NCBI GenBank assembly: GCA_051942165.1
Contig: JAVECS010000012.1
Span: 1 to 47,622, forward strand
Direction of reading: 5' to 3'
Origin: Circinaria calcarea
Taxonomy: Eukaryota
Length of the DNA: 47,622 bases
The notes below the pieces were generated by a model. The model was not told where the DNA came from. It was given only the letters and a program-made list of their open reading frames with translations, and did not search any database. Shown piece after piece: positions 25,910-38,040 of the stretch. Every line of letters starts with the position of its first letter. Position 1 is the stretch's first letter. A program made the position numbers and the translations under genes.

Positions 25910-27106
25910 TCACCGACAACCTTCACATACACTTCCATCTGCATTCCTTACCACTTCCCTGTCTCGCGATCCCACGTCCTTGATTCCCCCTTTTTCACCA
26001 GCATTCACCGCAACCTGCTCCCTCGCAGCGGTGTCGGTTTGTGCAATGAAGTCCGCCAACGACGTCGGAGCGGTTGTAGCAGTTCCGTTCATGTCAATGT
26101 CACTGGACTCGTTGACTACCATGGGTGTTGCCGTGGGTGCCTTCTTCTTACCATCTACATGGCCTAGGTCCCGGCTGGGGTCGATAATATCCCGCACGAG
26201 CTTTTTGAGTACTTTGGTTTCTGGGAAGTGGCAGAGGGATGTTAGTTTGGGTTATGCGTTTGGCGGAATAGAGCGGGGAAGAAGCAGTCTAGGGTGAGGG
26301 ACAGAGGCAATTCGGGGAGGGGGTTTCTGAAGGGAATGGTTACGCATGACAGGGGACTTAGGATGTTCCTTCTCTCGAAAAGGATCGATCACTCTGGATA
26401 TCAAATATCGGATCATACCGGGAAATCCGCCTTCCACCTTCCTGTCCCAAACCCTAGTGCTCTTCACCGTCACATCCCCAGTAGGCCTCGCGTCTTTGTT
26501 CCGATCGTCTTCCTCGAATTTACTGCCCCTTTCATTGTAGAAGATGTCAACCACGAAAACTCCGCCAGTAGAAGGGATGAGAGCGACTTCACCAAGGGAG
26601 AGGGCAAAGGTGCTGAGAAGCTCTTGGCCGAGCTGGGAGGGAGTTAGTGGGATGTAGGAGAGGGATGGTGTACGAGTAGGCGAAGTGATTTAAGTGAAGT
26701 GAGACGGAGGTACGGGAAAGGGGATCTAAGTATGCACTTTGAAAGAGCACTTAGGGCCGTGATGTGTGGGGAAGAAAACACAACAGTATCATGTCGACCG
26801 TTTGACCCTGACGGTTGAGGTAGGGCTAAGACGACATAATTGTAACAGGTCTGGATACTTGAAAAGAGTCCTCACCACGCATAATTATGAGCCACCCTTG
26901 GACGGCTTCTGCTCCTAAAATAAACCAGCTCTATCTTGTTCTGAAGACCGTCTCGGACAGTGCAAGAGACCGAGAAGTGAATTATGACTTACATATGCGG
27001 CTCGTAGCATCCATTTGCACTGTGTACAAAATTCAATGGTAATGCGAGGCAGAGTCACTGGAGCCAGGATCTCGGCCTGAGTGGATTCCGTAGATGCGGC
27101 GGCCAT
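25910..27106 (-). CDS. Rdx-family (SelT/SelW/SelH-like) thioredoxin-fold protein, Cys form, 3 exons
   Basis: Exons 27106-26993, 26632-26419, 26220-25910. Translation PRITIEFCTQCKWMLRAAYLGQELLSTF..GEVALIPSTGGVF..VWDRKVEGGFPETKVLKKLVRDIIDPSRDLGH. Confidence 0.9.
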
Positions 27107-27975
27107 TGCGGTCGAGGCCGTTGTGCAAATGTCGTTGCTGACAAAGGATAATCAGTGTATGAGGGTGCTCTATTCCCACTACCTATTAGGTCGAGTCTTT
27201 TCTATAAGGTTTATACGTTCAGGTTTTATGTAAATGATGAGCGTGGTTTCCTACGTGAGGGATCCTCCGGTACTAAAATGTTATTCCCGGCACCCGGCTT
27301 CTACTCGCCCGCCTAGGTCCCCACAGGGCGTCTTGATTGTTAAAACAGAGCAAGTCCCTAGGACTGGGATGGATTGAGGACGATGGCAGTCAATGGAAAC
27401 AATGGAAACAAGGCGGCTGGGTGTATAGCCTACGGTGTTGACAACATTCGTCGAATTTGGGCCATCTGCACCAATCACGTCATATGGATGTGCTTTCGAC
27501 TGCACTGCCATGGCAGGTTGATCACAACCCCAAGTACAAGCGAGCAAAGGTTGGATTACAGACGTAGTGTTTGGATTTCTGCTACATACAAATTAAAGGT
27601 TCTTTTCCGTCCGCATCACGTAGCCCATTTGAAACCGCCCTAGGTGCATATAAATTGCATACAGATCAAGTCCGCAAGAAGAACATGACAGCCGCCCGGC
27701 AAGTTTTAAGCCACACAGACCATCAAGTAAGACGGACGGAGAGCGTCCTCCGTACGACGCACATGTACTCCATTGGTATCGGAACAAGACGAGGAAGAAG
27801 ACCCATAGCCCATCCGACCATACTTATCATTCCCATGCTAAACACCAGGCTGAGTGTAGGACTGATTGGCTTCGCGGAGAGTGTCTGCGGAGGCCAACGA
27901 GGTGGTGGTATCGAGAATGAAGGGACCCGTAAACGCCAACGCTTATGCCAGCAAAGAAGCCCCTCGATATCGACT

Positions 27976-28419
27976 TCACATTACGGTACAGCAGCCAGGC
28001 GTGGGTTGTGGTGCATATGGATCTTCGCGTCTGTCAACCTAATCGGAGAGCCAGATCAGTCAAGTGTCACAGCGACGACCGAGAAGCTCGATCGATCCGA
28101 AGGGAAGAGCTTACTTGGCCCCAGAGCGTTGGTACCATAAAGTCTCTCGTCGTGTTGCAGTATTGAATCAACCTGTGCGAGAGTAGGCGTTAGTATTCTC
28201 GTGTATAGCAAGTTCAGTGACCAGGTCCGCGACTCGGACGGCCGTGGGGTAGATGTGCGCATACCCCATCGCTGCTTCCGATACTTTAATGCGAGGCCGT
28301 TCCAAGTCTTCCTTCAGCCGCATGTTCAGCTCATTCAGACGTCGCAGCTTGAGGTCGGCCATGGATTGCTTCTTGTTCTTGACGTCGCCTCCTGCGCGGA
28401 TCTCGTATGCAGCAGGCAT
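27976..28419 (-). CDS. gpgA: Heterotrimeric G-protein gamma subunit, 3 exons
   Basis: Exons 28419-28265, 28172-28115, 28038-27976. Translation [50 protein letters not shown], ending in a CCAAX box. Confidence 0.95.
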
Positions 28420-28884
28420 GTCTGCTCGGATTGCGGGCTCTTGACTGTCGCGTTAACAACACAATCCCGACCCAATCGGCGGTCTACGTACGACGAGGGA
28501 AACGTTTGACTGACGAGTGCGTGGCGGAAGCGGTGGAGGATGACTTTTCGGTGTGTTTGTGACACGAGAGAGGCGTCTTTGAATGACAAGGTGGTATTCG
28601 AGATTGGTGGTAAGGTACTCCCGACTGAGGTGGACGAGGGAGGCTCAGTTTGGCCTCTGTCTTGCGTCCGCCGTCGGGTCGGATCTCCATGTAAGGCGGC
28701 TAGCCTTATGCGCACTAGCGCATGGTTTTTCGCGCACACTGCGATCTTCAACCGTCGGTCATAGTGCAGTCCTTCGTAAAGCCATCACGTCTGACCACGA
28801 CAAAAGCCCGTTCATCCAGTGACCAAGGGCTCGACTCACCACCGTACCTCCATCAGCATCATCTCACAGAGGAGGTTGCCCAGC

Positions 28885-31800
28885 ATGCCTCCTCCACCCC
28901 ATACCAAGCCGGAAAACGTGCTCAAGGTAGGCCCTTCGTCTCTTGCGTGACAGGCCAAACCCCTAGCCAGTCGATGCTGCTGCTTTCTCTGGCCCTTCCA
29001 CCTTCATTACTAATACCTCTGTCCTCCAGCGAGCGCAAGAGCTCATCGCTGTCGGCCAGTCCACGGCGGCACTCACCATCCTCCATGAACATGTCACATC
29101 CAAGCGATCCCGCAACAGCCCAATCACCTCCCTCGAACCGGTGATGATCCTCTTCGTTGAGCTATGCGTGGACCTCAAGAAGGGAAAGCTAGCCAAGGAT
29201 GGGCTGTATCAATACAAGAACACAGCACAGAATACGAACGTAGGGACGATTGAGGTACGTTGCAAATCGGGTGAACGTGGCAATCCATTTTACTGAACAT
29301 TTCAGTTGGTACTTAAGAAATTCATCGAGCTCGCTGAGCAAAAAGTTACGGAAGCACAAGCAAAAGCTGATGAGGTCCAATCATCTCTTGAGCCGACCAC
29401 CTCGGGAACGAATGTAGACGATCTCGAGGCCATCGAGACCCCGGAATCAATCCTTCTCTCCACAGTATCCGGCGAGCAGTCAAGGGATCGGACTGATAGG
29501 GCTATCGTTACACCATGGCTAAAGTTTCTGTGGGAGACCTACAGAACGGTTTTGGAGATCCTCAAGAACAACGCACGCCTCGAGGTTATGTACCAATCTA
29601 CTGCCTTACAAGCCTTTGGATTCTGCCAGAAGTATGCACGGAAGACCGAGTTCCGACGACTTTGCGAGCTTTTGAGGAATCATGTTCAAAATGCCGCCAA
29701 GTATCAATCGCAGATGCACGCCATTAATCTCAGTGACCCTGATACCCTACAACGTCACTTAGACACACGATTCCAACAACTGAATGTCGCAGTAGAGCTT
29801 GAGCTTTGGCAGGAGGCTTTCCGTAGCGTGGAGGATATTCATACCCTCCTCAGCCTTAGCAAGCGGCCCGCAAAGAATATCATGATGGCCAATTACTACG
29901 AAAAGTTGACTCGAATCTTTTTGGTGAGCGAAAACTATCTCTTCCACGCAGCTGCTTGGAGCAGATATTACAACCTTCTGCGCCAGTCGGCCAACGTTCT
30001 TTCGTCAGGACAAAGTCTGAAAAAGGATAATCCTGCCGTTACAGAAGCAGACATGAGCCGAGCAGCATCATTCGTTTTACTGGCGGCGCTTGCGATTCCG
30101 GTCATCAGCACATCACGCTCTCGAGGTGCTCTGATCGACGTTGACGAAGCTCGCAAGAACAAGAATAACCGCCTGACCAATCTCTTGGGGATGTCGCAAG
30201 CCCCGACCCGAGCTGTCCTCTTCAAGGACGCCATGAGCAAAGGGCTCCTCAAACGCGCTAAACCTGAGATTCGCGAGTTGTATCAAATACTTGAAGTTGA
30301 CTTTCATCCGCTATCAATTTGCAAGAAAATCTCACCCATCCTGACCCAGATCAGCTCGGACCCTGATATGGAGAAGTACGTCCTGCCTTTACAACAGGTG
30401 ATACTTACAAGGCTATTTCAGCAACTATCCCAAGTCTATGAGTCAGTAGAACTTAACTTTGTGTATAACTTGGCTCAGTTTCCGGACCCCTTTCAAGTTG
30501 CCTCAGGGACCATTGAGAAATTTATTATGAACGGCTGCAAGAAGGGTGACCTGGCAATCCGCATTGATCACGCCTCAGGTGTGCTCACCTTCGACTCCGA
30601 TGTCTTTTCATCCGCAAAGGCGTTACATCCAGGTAGTGGTTCAGGCTCTGCAGAAACGGAAACTAGCTCCGTACAGCGGTTACAAAGTACACCTGCGGAG
30701 ATTGTACGCTCGCAATTAACCCGGCTGGCGAAAACTCTGTACATCACCTGTCAATACGTTGACCCAAGCTTCAATGCCATGCAGCAACAGAACAAGGCGG
30801 CAGCTTTCGCTAGGGCACAAGCCGGTGCGGAGCAAGAACATCAGGAAACTCTGGCTAGACGCGCAATCATCGAGAAGAAAAAGGAGCTTGCTTCCGACGC
30901 CCTGCAAAAGAAGCAGAAGGAGGAGGAGACCCGTAAGAGAATTCATGTTCAGCAGCTTCAGGAACGTGAGGCTTCTCGCTTAGCAGAGGAACAAAAGGCT
31001 CGCGAACGTAAGCGGTTGCAAGATGAGCAAAGACGGGTCAAGCAAGAAACTATTGCCAAAGAAATCGAGGATCTCAAGAAGCATAAGAATATCGATCTTG
31101 GTGACATCAACATTGATGATCTCGACAGCGATCGACTCCGGATGCTCAGGATCGAACAACTGGCTCGGGAGAAGAACGAGCTTAGTAATAACCTAAGGGT
31201 GACCGGAAAGCGTATCGATCATCTCGAGCGTGCGTTTAGAAAGGAAGAGGTCAGACTGCTACCTAGAGATTACGACAACCAGCGTGAACAAGATTCTGCC
31301 GCTTACGAGAAAGCCAAGGAGCAGGCTCTCAGGGAAGCAGAGCGGAAACACAAGGAAGATGTAGCCCTTAAACATCGACTGAGTAGATTGGTTCCTATCT
31401 ACGAAACTTTTCGTAATGACATAGCAGAGAGACGGCATGAGGAATTCGAGAAGCGAAGAAAGCAAGCCGACCGAGAGTATAACACTGCTGTGGAAAAGCG
31501 AAAGCAGTCTGTTCGAGAGGCTAAGGCAAAGGCTCGCAGAGAACGAGAAGAAGCAGAGAGGCGAGAAAGGGAAGAAGAAGAGAGAGTTGCAAGAGAAGCC
31601 GAGGAAAAGGCTGCCGAGGAAGCCGAGAAAAAGCGGAAGCTTCAAGAAATAAAGGCCAAGAGAGAAGCTGAGCGCAAGTATGTATTGACTTATTTGAGAT
31701 CGATAGATCTAATGCTTACGATGTATCAGGGAGGCCGACGAGAAAGCTGCACTGCAGCGAAGGAAAGAGGAGGAAGCCGAGGCCAAGATTGCAGCCAAGA

Positions 31801-32420
31801 AAGCGGGCGGCCTAAGGTCCCTACCTGAACGTACAGCTCCTGTGCGTGCTGACTCATCCGAACGCCCGTCTGGACCTCCACGTCTTGCTCTCGCAGGCAA
31901 CAAGCCTACCTGGAGGGAACGTGCAGCTCAGAAGCAGGCCGAGACAGCTGCCGGAGGTGCTACTCAAGCCCCCCCCGCGGTCCCGGCAACCGACATCGCC
32001 ACTGCCGAAATCGAACTGCCAAAGAAGACTGGATATATCCCACCTCCTCTTCGAGATGGTACGGCACTTCGTGGCCGTTCTGATGCACCACCAGCTACAA
32101 ACGCTCGCGACGAGAGCTCTGGTGGAGACGCGCCTTCGAAGTGGCGCGCCAGGGGACCGCGCGACGACTCTGCTCGGGACGGTTCTCCAGCTGATACACC
32201 GGCTTCTCGCTTCTTAGCACCTGGACATCGCGGTGCAGATGGACTTGGGCCTAGGGATCAGTCTCCTGCTGACGGTCCTGCCAAGTACACGTCTAGAATT
32301 CGACGAGAGGGTGCGCCTGCTCGAAGCGATGCACCATCTGTACGAACCGAGAGTCCTGCTAATCGAGGATCAACTCCCGGTCCCGGCAAATTTGTTCCGC
32401 TACATCTGAGGAATAAGTAA
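28885..32420 (+). CDS. TIF32: Translation initiation factor eIF3 subunit A, 4 exons
   Basis: Exons 28885-28926, 29030-29254, 29306-31677, 31730-32420. [19 protein letters not shown].., [24 protein letters not shown] region and charged coiled-coil. Confidence 0.96.
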
Positions 32421-32879
32421 AGGATTAAAGAAAACGGGGATTGGAGTGGCGATTGTAGTTTGTACGATGGTTTCTTCTTCGTGAGTTGTAATTAAACCAA
32501 GGATTCGCGGGACGGGAGGATGCTACCGTTGCTTGGCCTGGTACCCAAAACCGTGTCTGCTGGTAATTGCGTGAGGTAGTGCTCAAAACTGTCCTTTTTA
32601 AATTTGCCTCGATGCTTGTGGCTCTCCTTTCGACATGTACAGTAACACCGGGAGTCTCAGATGAAACTTGTTTTTGAATTCCCCTTCCCGGTATGCATTT
32701 ACATAATGGCCTTACGACGCCTGGATTCCCGCCGATGGTATACCTTGCCCCATGCCGTGTGCCCCAAAGTTGACTCCCATGCAGCCCTTTTCCGTTCGTT
32801 GGAACGTTGCCCGCTCCTTTGCCAACACCGACAATGCATATCCGTGATTTGCGAGCAAATAGCCCGCATCCTTGAGATC

Positions 32880-34173
32880 CTACCCGGCCCCAACCTCCAA
32901 CCCTCCCCTACCCTGCTCCGTCAGCCTCTCCCGCCACCCTTGACACACCTCCTCGAACCCGCGCACCACCTCCCCGCAGAATTTTGCCGCCTCCCTCCTC
33001 GCTAACCTCTCTTCCCATCCTCCCCTTTCCACCCATCTCATCCCTTCCTCCACAGCCTGCATCTCCATCTTCATACTCCCTACCGCCTCCCTCGCAGTCT
33101 TTAGCCGCCTTGCCGCCACCGTAGTCGTCTGCCGGGTCATGTGTAGCGAATCGGATAGATAGGAGAGTGTAGAAAGGATGTCCGTCGTACTGCTGTGGAA
33201 AGCGTACAGGGTGGCGAGCGGAGAGGGAGATGGTTGGGGAAGAGCGAGGAGAAGTGAGGTTAGCAGGGGAAGGAGGGTGGATACCATCGAAGGTTCCGGC
33301 GGTAGGCTGAGAGGGGATAGGAAGGGGTAGGTGAGGGTTTGGAGGAGACGGGTTTGGTGGGTCAGATGGTTTGTTAGAGCTACGTGCGCGGTTGCGAGCC
33401 TATTTTCAGGGGTCAGTTTACCGTACGAGACAAGGGTAATCGACGCTGGATGAAAGGGGTAAAGTATACCGTGCTACACCATTTTCGACGTTGGCTTGGG
33501 AGCTAAGATCTCTGAGGGATTCTGATAGTGTTTTGCATCCTTCGTCTGCTTCTAGATCTGTGCCTTGTTGAGCAAGGCGCTCCATATCGTCCAAATGTGC
33601 TTCGAGAGATGAGGGAATACCAGAGGAGTCGTCGTGGTTTAAGATATCACCAGAGTCTGACCAATTGTAATCGGTGGCTTTTCGCCTGTGCTTGGGTTTA
33701 GAAGTCTGTCTGGTGGGACTTTGTAAGGCACGGGCTTTATGCTCAAGGCCGGGCGATATGGCTAAGCCTATACTTCTGTCGTGACGGGATTCGGGAGAAG
33801 ACCGCGGTCGAGACTTTTCGTGGCCGTTGCGCATCTCTTCTTCCTCATGGTCCAGCTGCAACCCGGATGTCCCCTCGTCAACTTCCCCATCCTCGTCCCA
33901 CACTTCTGCCAGCTCGTCTGCCAAACTTCCTAAGCCGTTGCCCGAACCTCCTGCGCCGCCGAACTCGGTTGAGTAGCTGAATTCCCCAGTTCGACTGTGT
34001 GAGGAAACGGGCCGAGGAGTAGCTGGGGAAGGAACCGAATGGAGGGATGATGTGCGACTCCAGGAGTTATTTGCTGGGCTATAGTCATTGCTGTGGAGGC
34101 TCATGGGCGTAAAGGAGAAATCGAACCCCGACGACCGCTGTCCGCTCTGAGGAGTACGGGGCGAAGATGGCAT
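32880..34173 (-). CDS. Fungal hypothetical protein, disordered N-terminus and helical/coiled-coil C-terminus, 2 exons
   Basis: Intron 33469-33400 joins ORF 34173-33470 in frame with 33399-32880 (GLGSLADELA; LATAHVALTNHLTHQTR; LSYLSDSLHMTRQTTTVAARRLK). Confidence 0.75.
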
Positions 34174-34574
34174 TTGGGAGTAACGATATGCTTACAGCAG
34201 AACTTAGAGTCGCGTGAATAAGAGGAGCGACCTTGGCGCACTTGCTAGTTGAGATTTCCTCGAGTTTGATCCAGGTAGGTGGCAGTGGTTCTTATCCGGA
34301 GTTATTTAGGATTTGGCGTTGATCGAATTCAATTCCGAGAACACTCCATTAAAGGGGAGATTGATCATATGGACGACATTTGTACCATAACAGGTTGACC
34401 AATTGCTCCATCCCTATCGAGAAGTCGCGTCGGCGTTCGAATGGCCGATACGCTACCCTTGTCCATGACGTATTCTAGGGCTGATAGGGCTGATCTCGTC
34501 TTCCATGTGAAGGCCAGGTATCAAGAGGAAACATAGAACGCTGTTGATAGAATACCCACGTATCTGGTGCCATC

Positions 34575-35257
34575 ATGACCTCCCTCCGTGCTTTTCGCCC
34601 CACAGACCTCCTCGAGACCAGTCTCACCAACCTCGATTCTCTTACAGAGAACTATGATACCAACTTCTACCTACAGTACCTTGCCGTATGGCCATCCCTC
34701 TTTACCGTTGCAGAAGATCCAAACGGCAAGGTCATCGGCTACGGTGAGGATACTCGTTCCTCAGATGGTTGGGCATGGCTGACCCGGGGGTTCTTTCTAG
34801 TGATGGGTAAAGTGGAAGAGGACCCTGCATATCTGAGGTTCTCGGAGCACTACCTGCCATGGCACGGTCATGTTACAGCACTCACGGTGGCTCCCCAGCA
34901 CCGAAGATTGGGGCTCGCTAAGCTCTTGACGGAGGTATTGGAGAGTGGCTGTGAGGAGAAGGATGCCTGGTTCGTGGATCTGTTTGTCCGAGCGGGAAAC
35001 GACACCGCTCTCCCTCTGTATAGGGGAATGGGGTAAGCTACTTTTTCCATCTCATATAGACAAGCTGAACTCAAGACACGTTCAGGTATAGTGTATTCCG
35101 GCGGGTGGTAGATTACTATAGCGACGACCCCACGGGCAGGAGAGCAGGCGAGGATGCACTCGATATGCGCAAACTACTGAAAAGGGACAAGAACCGAATA
35201 CATATTCGAGAAAACGGGGAGAACTTTAGAGTCAGTGCAGAGGACATCTATCATTAA
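34575..35257 (+). CDS. NAT3: N-terminal acetyltransferase NatB catalytic subunit, 3 exons
   Basis: Exons 34575-34743, 34801-35032, 35086-35257. NLDSLTENY, WHGHVTALTVAP..RRLGLA, FVDLFVRAGN, GYSVFRRVVDYY. Confidence 0.93.
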
Positions 35258-35655
35258 TTTGACCTCTCCAATGTCCTCTACCGCAATCTGAAACAAGTCC
35301 AATGACGTTACGAGGCGATAATGCAAAGTCGCTGTCTGCACTCAGGCTTGACAAAGTAATGCTCAAACTGGTTTTCCCCATGTAGCAGTAGAAATTAATA
35401 ATAGACCACATCAAGCACCATTGAAGGAAGCCCATACTCATTCCATCCGAAGACCACAGTACCCAAGGCGCATACAAACGAAGCTGTCCAGAACCTTGCA
35501 ACTTTGCGATACTGGCGAGTTCGTACACCTTTGCCCAGGCCTGACGAATACTGCCGTACTGCTTCATAGGCAGATGGAACAGCCAAGCTTGGGACTGCTG
35601 CTAAAACATCAAAAAGTACCACCACTCCCTGAGAATAAACTGCGATATCCTAAGC

Positions 35656-37590
35656 TCAAGTCGTTTCCGTTTCCGTTGAACGGATGTCTACCTTCAGCTT
35701 CTTGCCTGAACCAGCTCCAATGGTCATCGACACCTTGTATTCAACCTTACCAGCTTCTGAGCCGTGCTTGCATTTCTTGAGCTGATCGGAAGTGGATGGT
35801 TTCTTTGGTAGACCGGTACATGTGTCCCAGCAGTTGGAGACGGACTTCCTCCCTTTTTTGTTCGTCAAACCTTCATCCCAAGGGGCGGCACAGGTGGACG
35901 TAATCATAGCATCATGCTTTGTCCCAGGGTCTGCCACTCTACAATCTTCATCTCCCTTTGAGCACCTGTCCGCTATCGGTGTACGCGGCTCTGGTATTCC
36001 CACTATGCTAAGAGGTGAACATCCTTCCGATGCCTGTTCACGATGGATCAGAACTCTCAAAATCTCCTGTTCCAACTCTTCTTCACTTTCATACTCATCG
36101 CCACAGCCAGAATCCGCAAGCACATGCACGCCGTCTTCAACAACTTGCTTATCCACTGTTCCAGTATCTGTTCTTGACGCCTGGCTACTACTTGGCTTTT
36201 TATCGATAAGGACAAATCGCCACCAACGCCAGCTTTTTTGTGTCTCGCTACTTGGTTCAGAAGTGGTTGATTGGCGTATGGATGGTATTGAGCCATCCAA
36301 CCGATGAGCGTTTGCATAAGCTATCTGGGGTAGGCTATCAGGACCTGACTTTTGTTCCCTCTTATTGTATTTTTGAAGGTCATGCTCAATACTAGCTGCC
36401 TTTTCCTGGCTGTTATGCAGGTGAAAGCTGCAGCGGCCCTGCTCCGAAGGTGACATCTGTTCAGCAGATGTGCACGGGGTCGACATTGTACGCGCATTAG
36501 CCAACCCGATTACATGTTTACTGCGGTGGTGTGTAATGTTTTGATGGCGAGAACGAGCGCTGACTTGACGGCAGGCTTTCGGTGTTTCAAGATAGTTTAT
36601 AGCGGAGCCTTCGTTGATGTAAGTTTCCGTATCTGAGCTGCGAGGGAGAAAAGTATCCGCAGCTGGAATACCTTGATCACAGAGGTTGGTGCTGGAGCTA
36701 TTAGCATGGTCCCAAGATGCAGGATGAGTGTTTGCTGACTGAGGAATGCCATCAAGCTTGAGCGGATCAGTTTTCCTAATCTCTGGACTTAGGACGGTCG
36801 GTGACTTCGTAAATCGGGTTTGGTCTCCCAGGTATCCACCTTGCGCTTGTCTGTTGTGAAATATACCCTCGTGGTCATTCCTCGGGATTTCATTAGACCA
36901 CTCTGCACTGTGATTGTCCCTTTCTCCCAATGCTTTATCAATCAACCTGCTAAGATCTTCTCCAATATCCTGTGGTGGGACGACTAGAAGCTCTCCACTA
37001 ACGGAAAGCTCTCTGGTCGGGACTCGCTTGAGTTCAGGGTGTTTCTCAGTTAGTTGATCAGCAATTCGTGACACCAGCATACATTGCTTTTTCGAAGGTG
37101 GAAGAAGGGTTCCAGACGTGTTTGTATGTAAAAGACTCTGGGAGCCTGTACATTGTTCGTCATCTATTCTTCCCGCAACGTCACCCTTGCCCATGAGGCC
37201 AAGGGATGCGATTGTATACAACATGGCTTTGGATAAATCCCTGGTCTGATGAGATGATCCACTGCAACTGGGTGAGCGACAAGCATGGGTAGCAAAACCA
37301 CCAGTTTTTCGTCTTGCAAGACCAGCGACTGATCTTTCCGATCCTTTGGATTCCTCGTCACGCGGAGTAGGGAACATAGATGAATGAGGGGTTGGTTTCG
37401 CTGGGTTACGCGACTTTGAGAAAAGCGGTGTCGTTATTGATGTTGGTTGGGGTTCTTGATCCCGCTTGTAGGCATTCAGAAGAGCCTCTTTGCGTGAGGA
37501 CACAGTGCCGGCCCTGATAACAGGTCCACTCAGCTCAGAATATGGGGAATGGTTGAACACATCAGAATCACGTCTCGGAGGCATCTTCAT
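35656..37590 (-). CDS. Hypothetical S/T-rich, probably disordered lineage-specific protein
   Basis: 644-codon uninterrupted ORF with no competing long ORF and no domain I recognise. Confidence 0.6.
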   Translation of the reverse strand: MKMPPRRDSDVFNHSPYSELSGPVIRAGTVSSRKEALLNAYKRDQEPQPTSITTPLFSKSRNPAKPTPHSSMFPTPRDEESKGSERSVAGLARRKTGGFATHACRSPSCSGSSHQTRDLSKAMLYTIASLGLMGKGDVAGRIDDEQCTGSQSLLHTNTSGTLLPPSKKQCMLVSRIADQLTEKHPELKRVPTRELSVSGELLVVPPQDIGEDLSRLIDKALGERDNHSAEWSNEIPRNDHEGIFHNRQAQGGYLGDQTRFTKSPTVLSPEIRKTDPLKLDGIPQSANTHPASWDHANSSSTNLCDQGIPAADTFLPRSSDTETYINEGSAINYLETPKACRQVSARSRHQNITHHRSKHVIGLANARTMSTPCTSAEQMSPSEQGRCSFHLHNSQEKAASIEHDLQKYNKREQKSGPDSLPQIAYANAHRLDGSIPSIRQSTTSEPSSETQKSWRWWRFVLIDKKPSSSQASRTDTGTVDKQVVEDGVHVLADSGCGDEYESEEELEQEILRVLIHREQASEGCSPLSIVGIPEPRTPIADRCSKGDEDCRVADPGTKHDAMITSTCAAPWDEGLTNKKGRKSVSNCWDTCTGLPKKPSTSDQLKKCKHGSEAGKVEYKVSMTIGAGSGKKLKVDIRSTETETT

Positions 37591-38040
37591 TCTGAGGACT
37601 GGTCAATCAATTGGAAATATAAACTAAATGTATTTTGATTAGCCAAGATCCCAATGGTTCAGGGGAAATTTGCGGCACAGACCTGGATTTCTTGGTCTAC
37701 AAGAATAGCGGAGAGTCAAGTGGACTCCTGCGTAGAGCCAGAGTTGGGGGAATCCAGCAAGACTTCCGGAGCCTCGCTGGGATGATTTGCTATCTAGGTA
37801 ATATAAAGCATAGTGGCAATATGCGCATGTGAAGAAGCTACAAGTACCAATAAAGGGAACCGACGTAGCGAACGGCAAAAGTGATATGGTAAGGGGATGG
37901 TCGATGATGGCTGCAAGTCAAACTTAAGTAAGTTTACAACGCCAAAAACGGAAAGGATGAACCTGTGGTTTGTGGCAGTAACGTTTCAAAGAAGCCATTC
38001 AATGGCAGTTGCTTGTTTGTACTATACACAAGGGCGAAAT

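Noticed and set aside
25910..27106. Selenoprotein or SECIS recoding
   Set aside because: The active site is Cys-encoded (CTQC) with no in-frame TGA, and ascomycetes are not known to use Sec.
35395..35625. Hydrophobic ORF as an extra 3' exon of the orphan gene
   Set aside because: Joining it needs a speculative donor near 35750 with no clear branch site, and the upstream ORF has its own stop.
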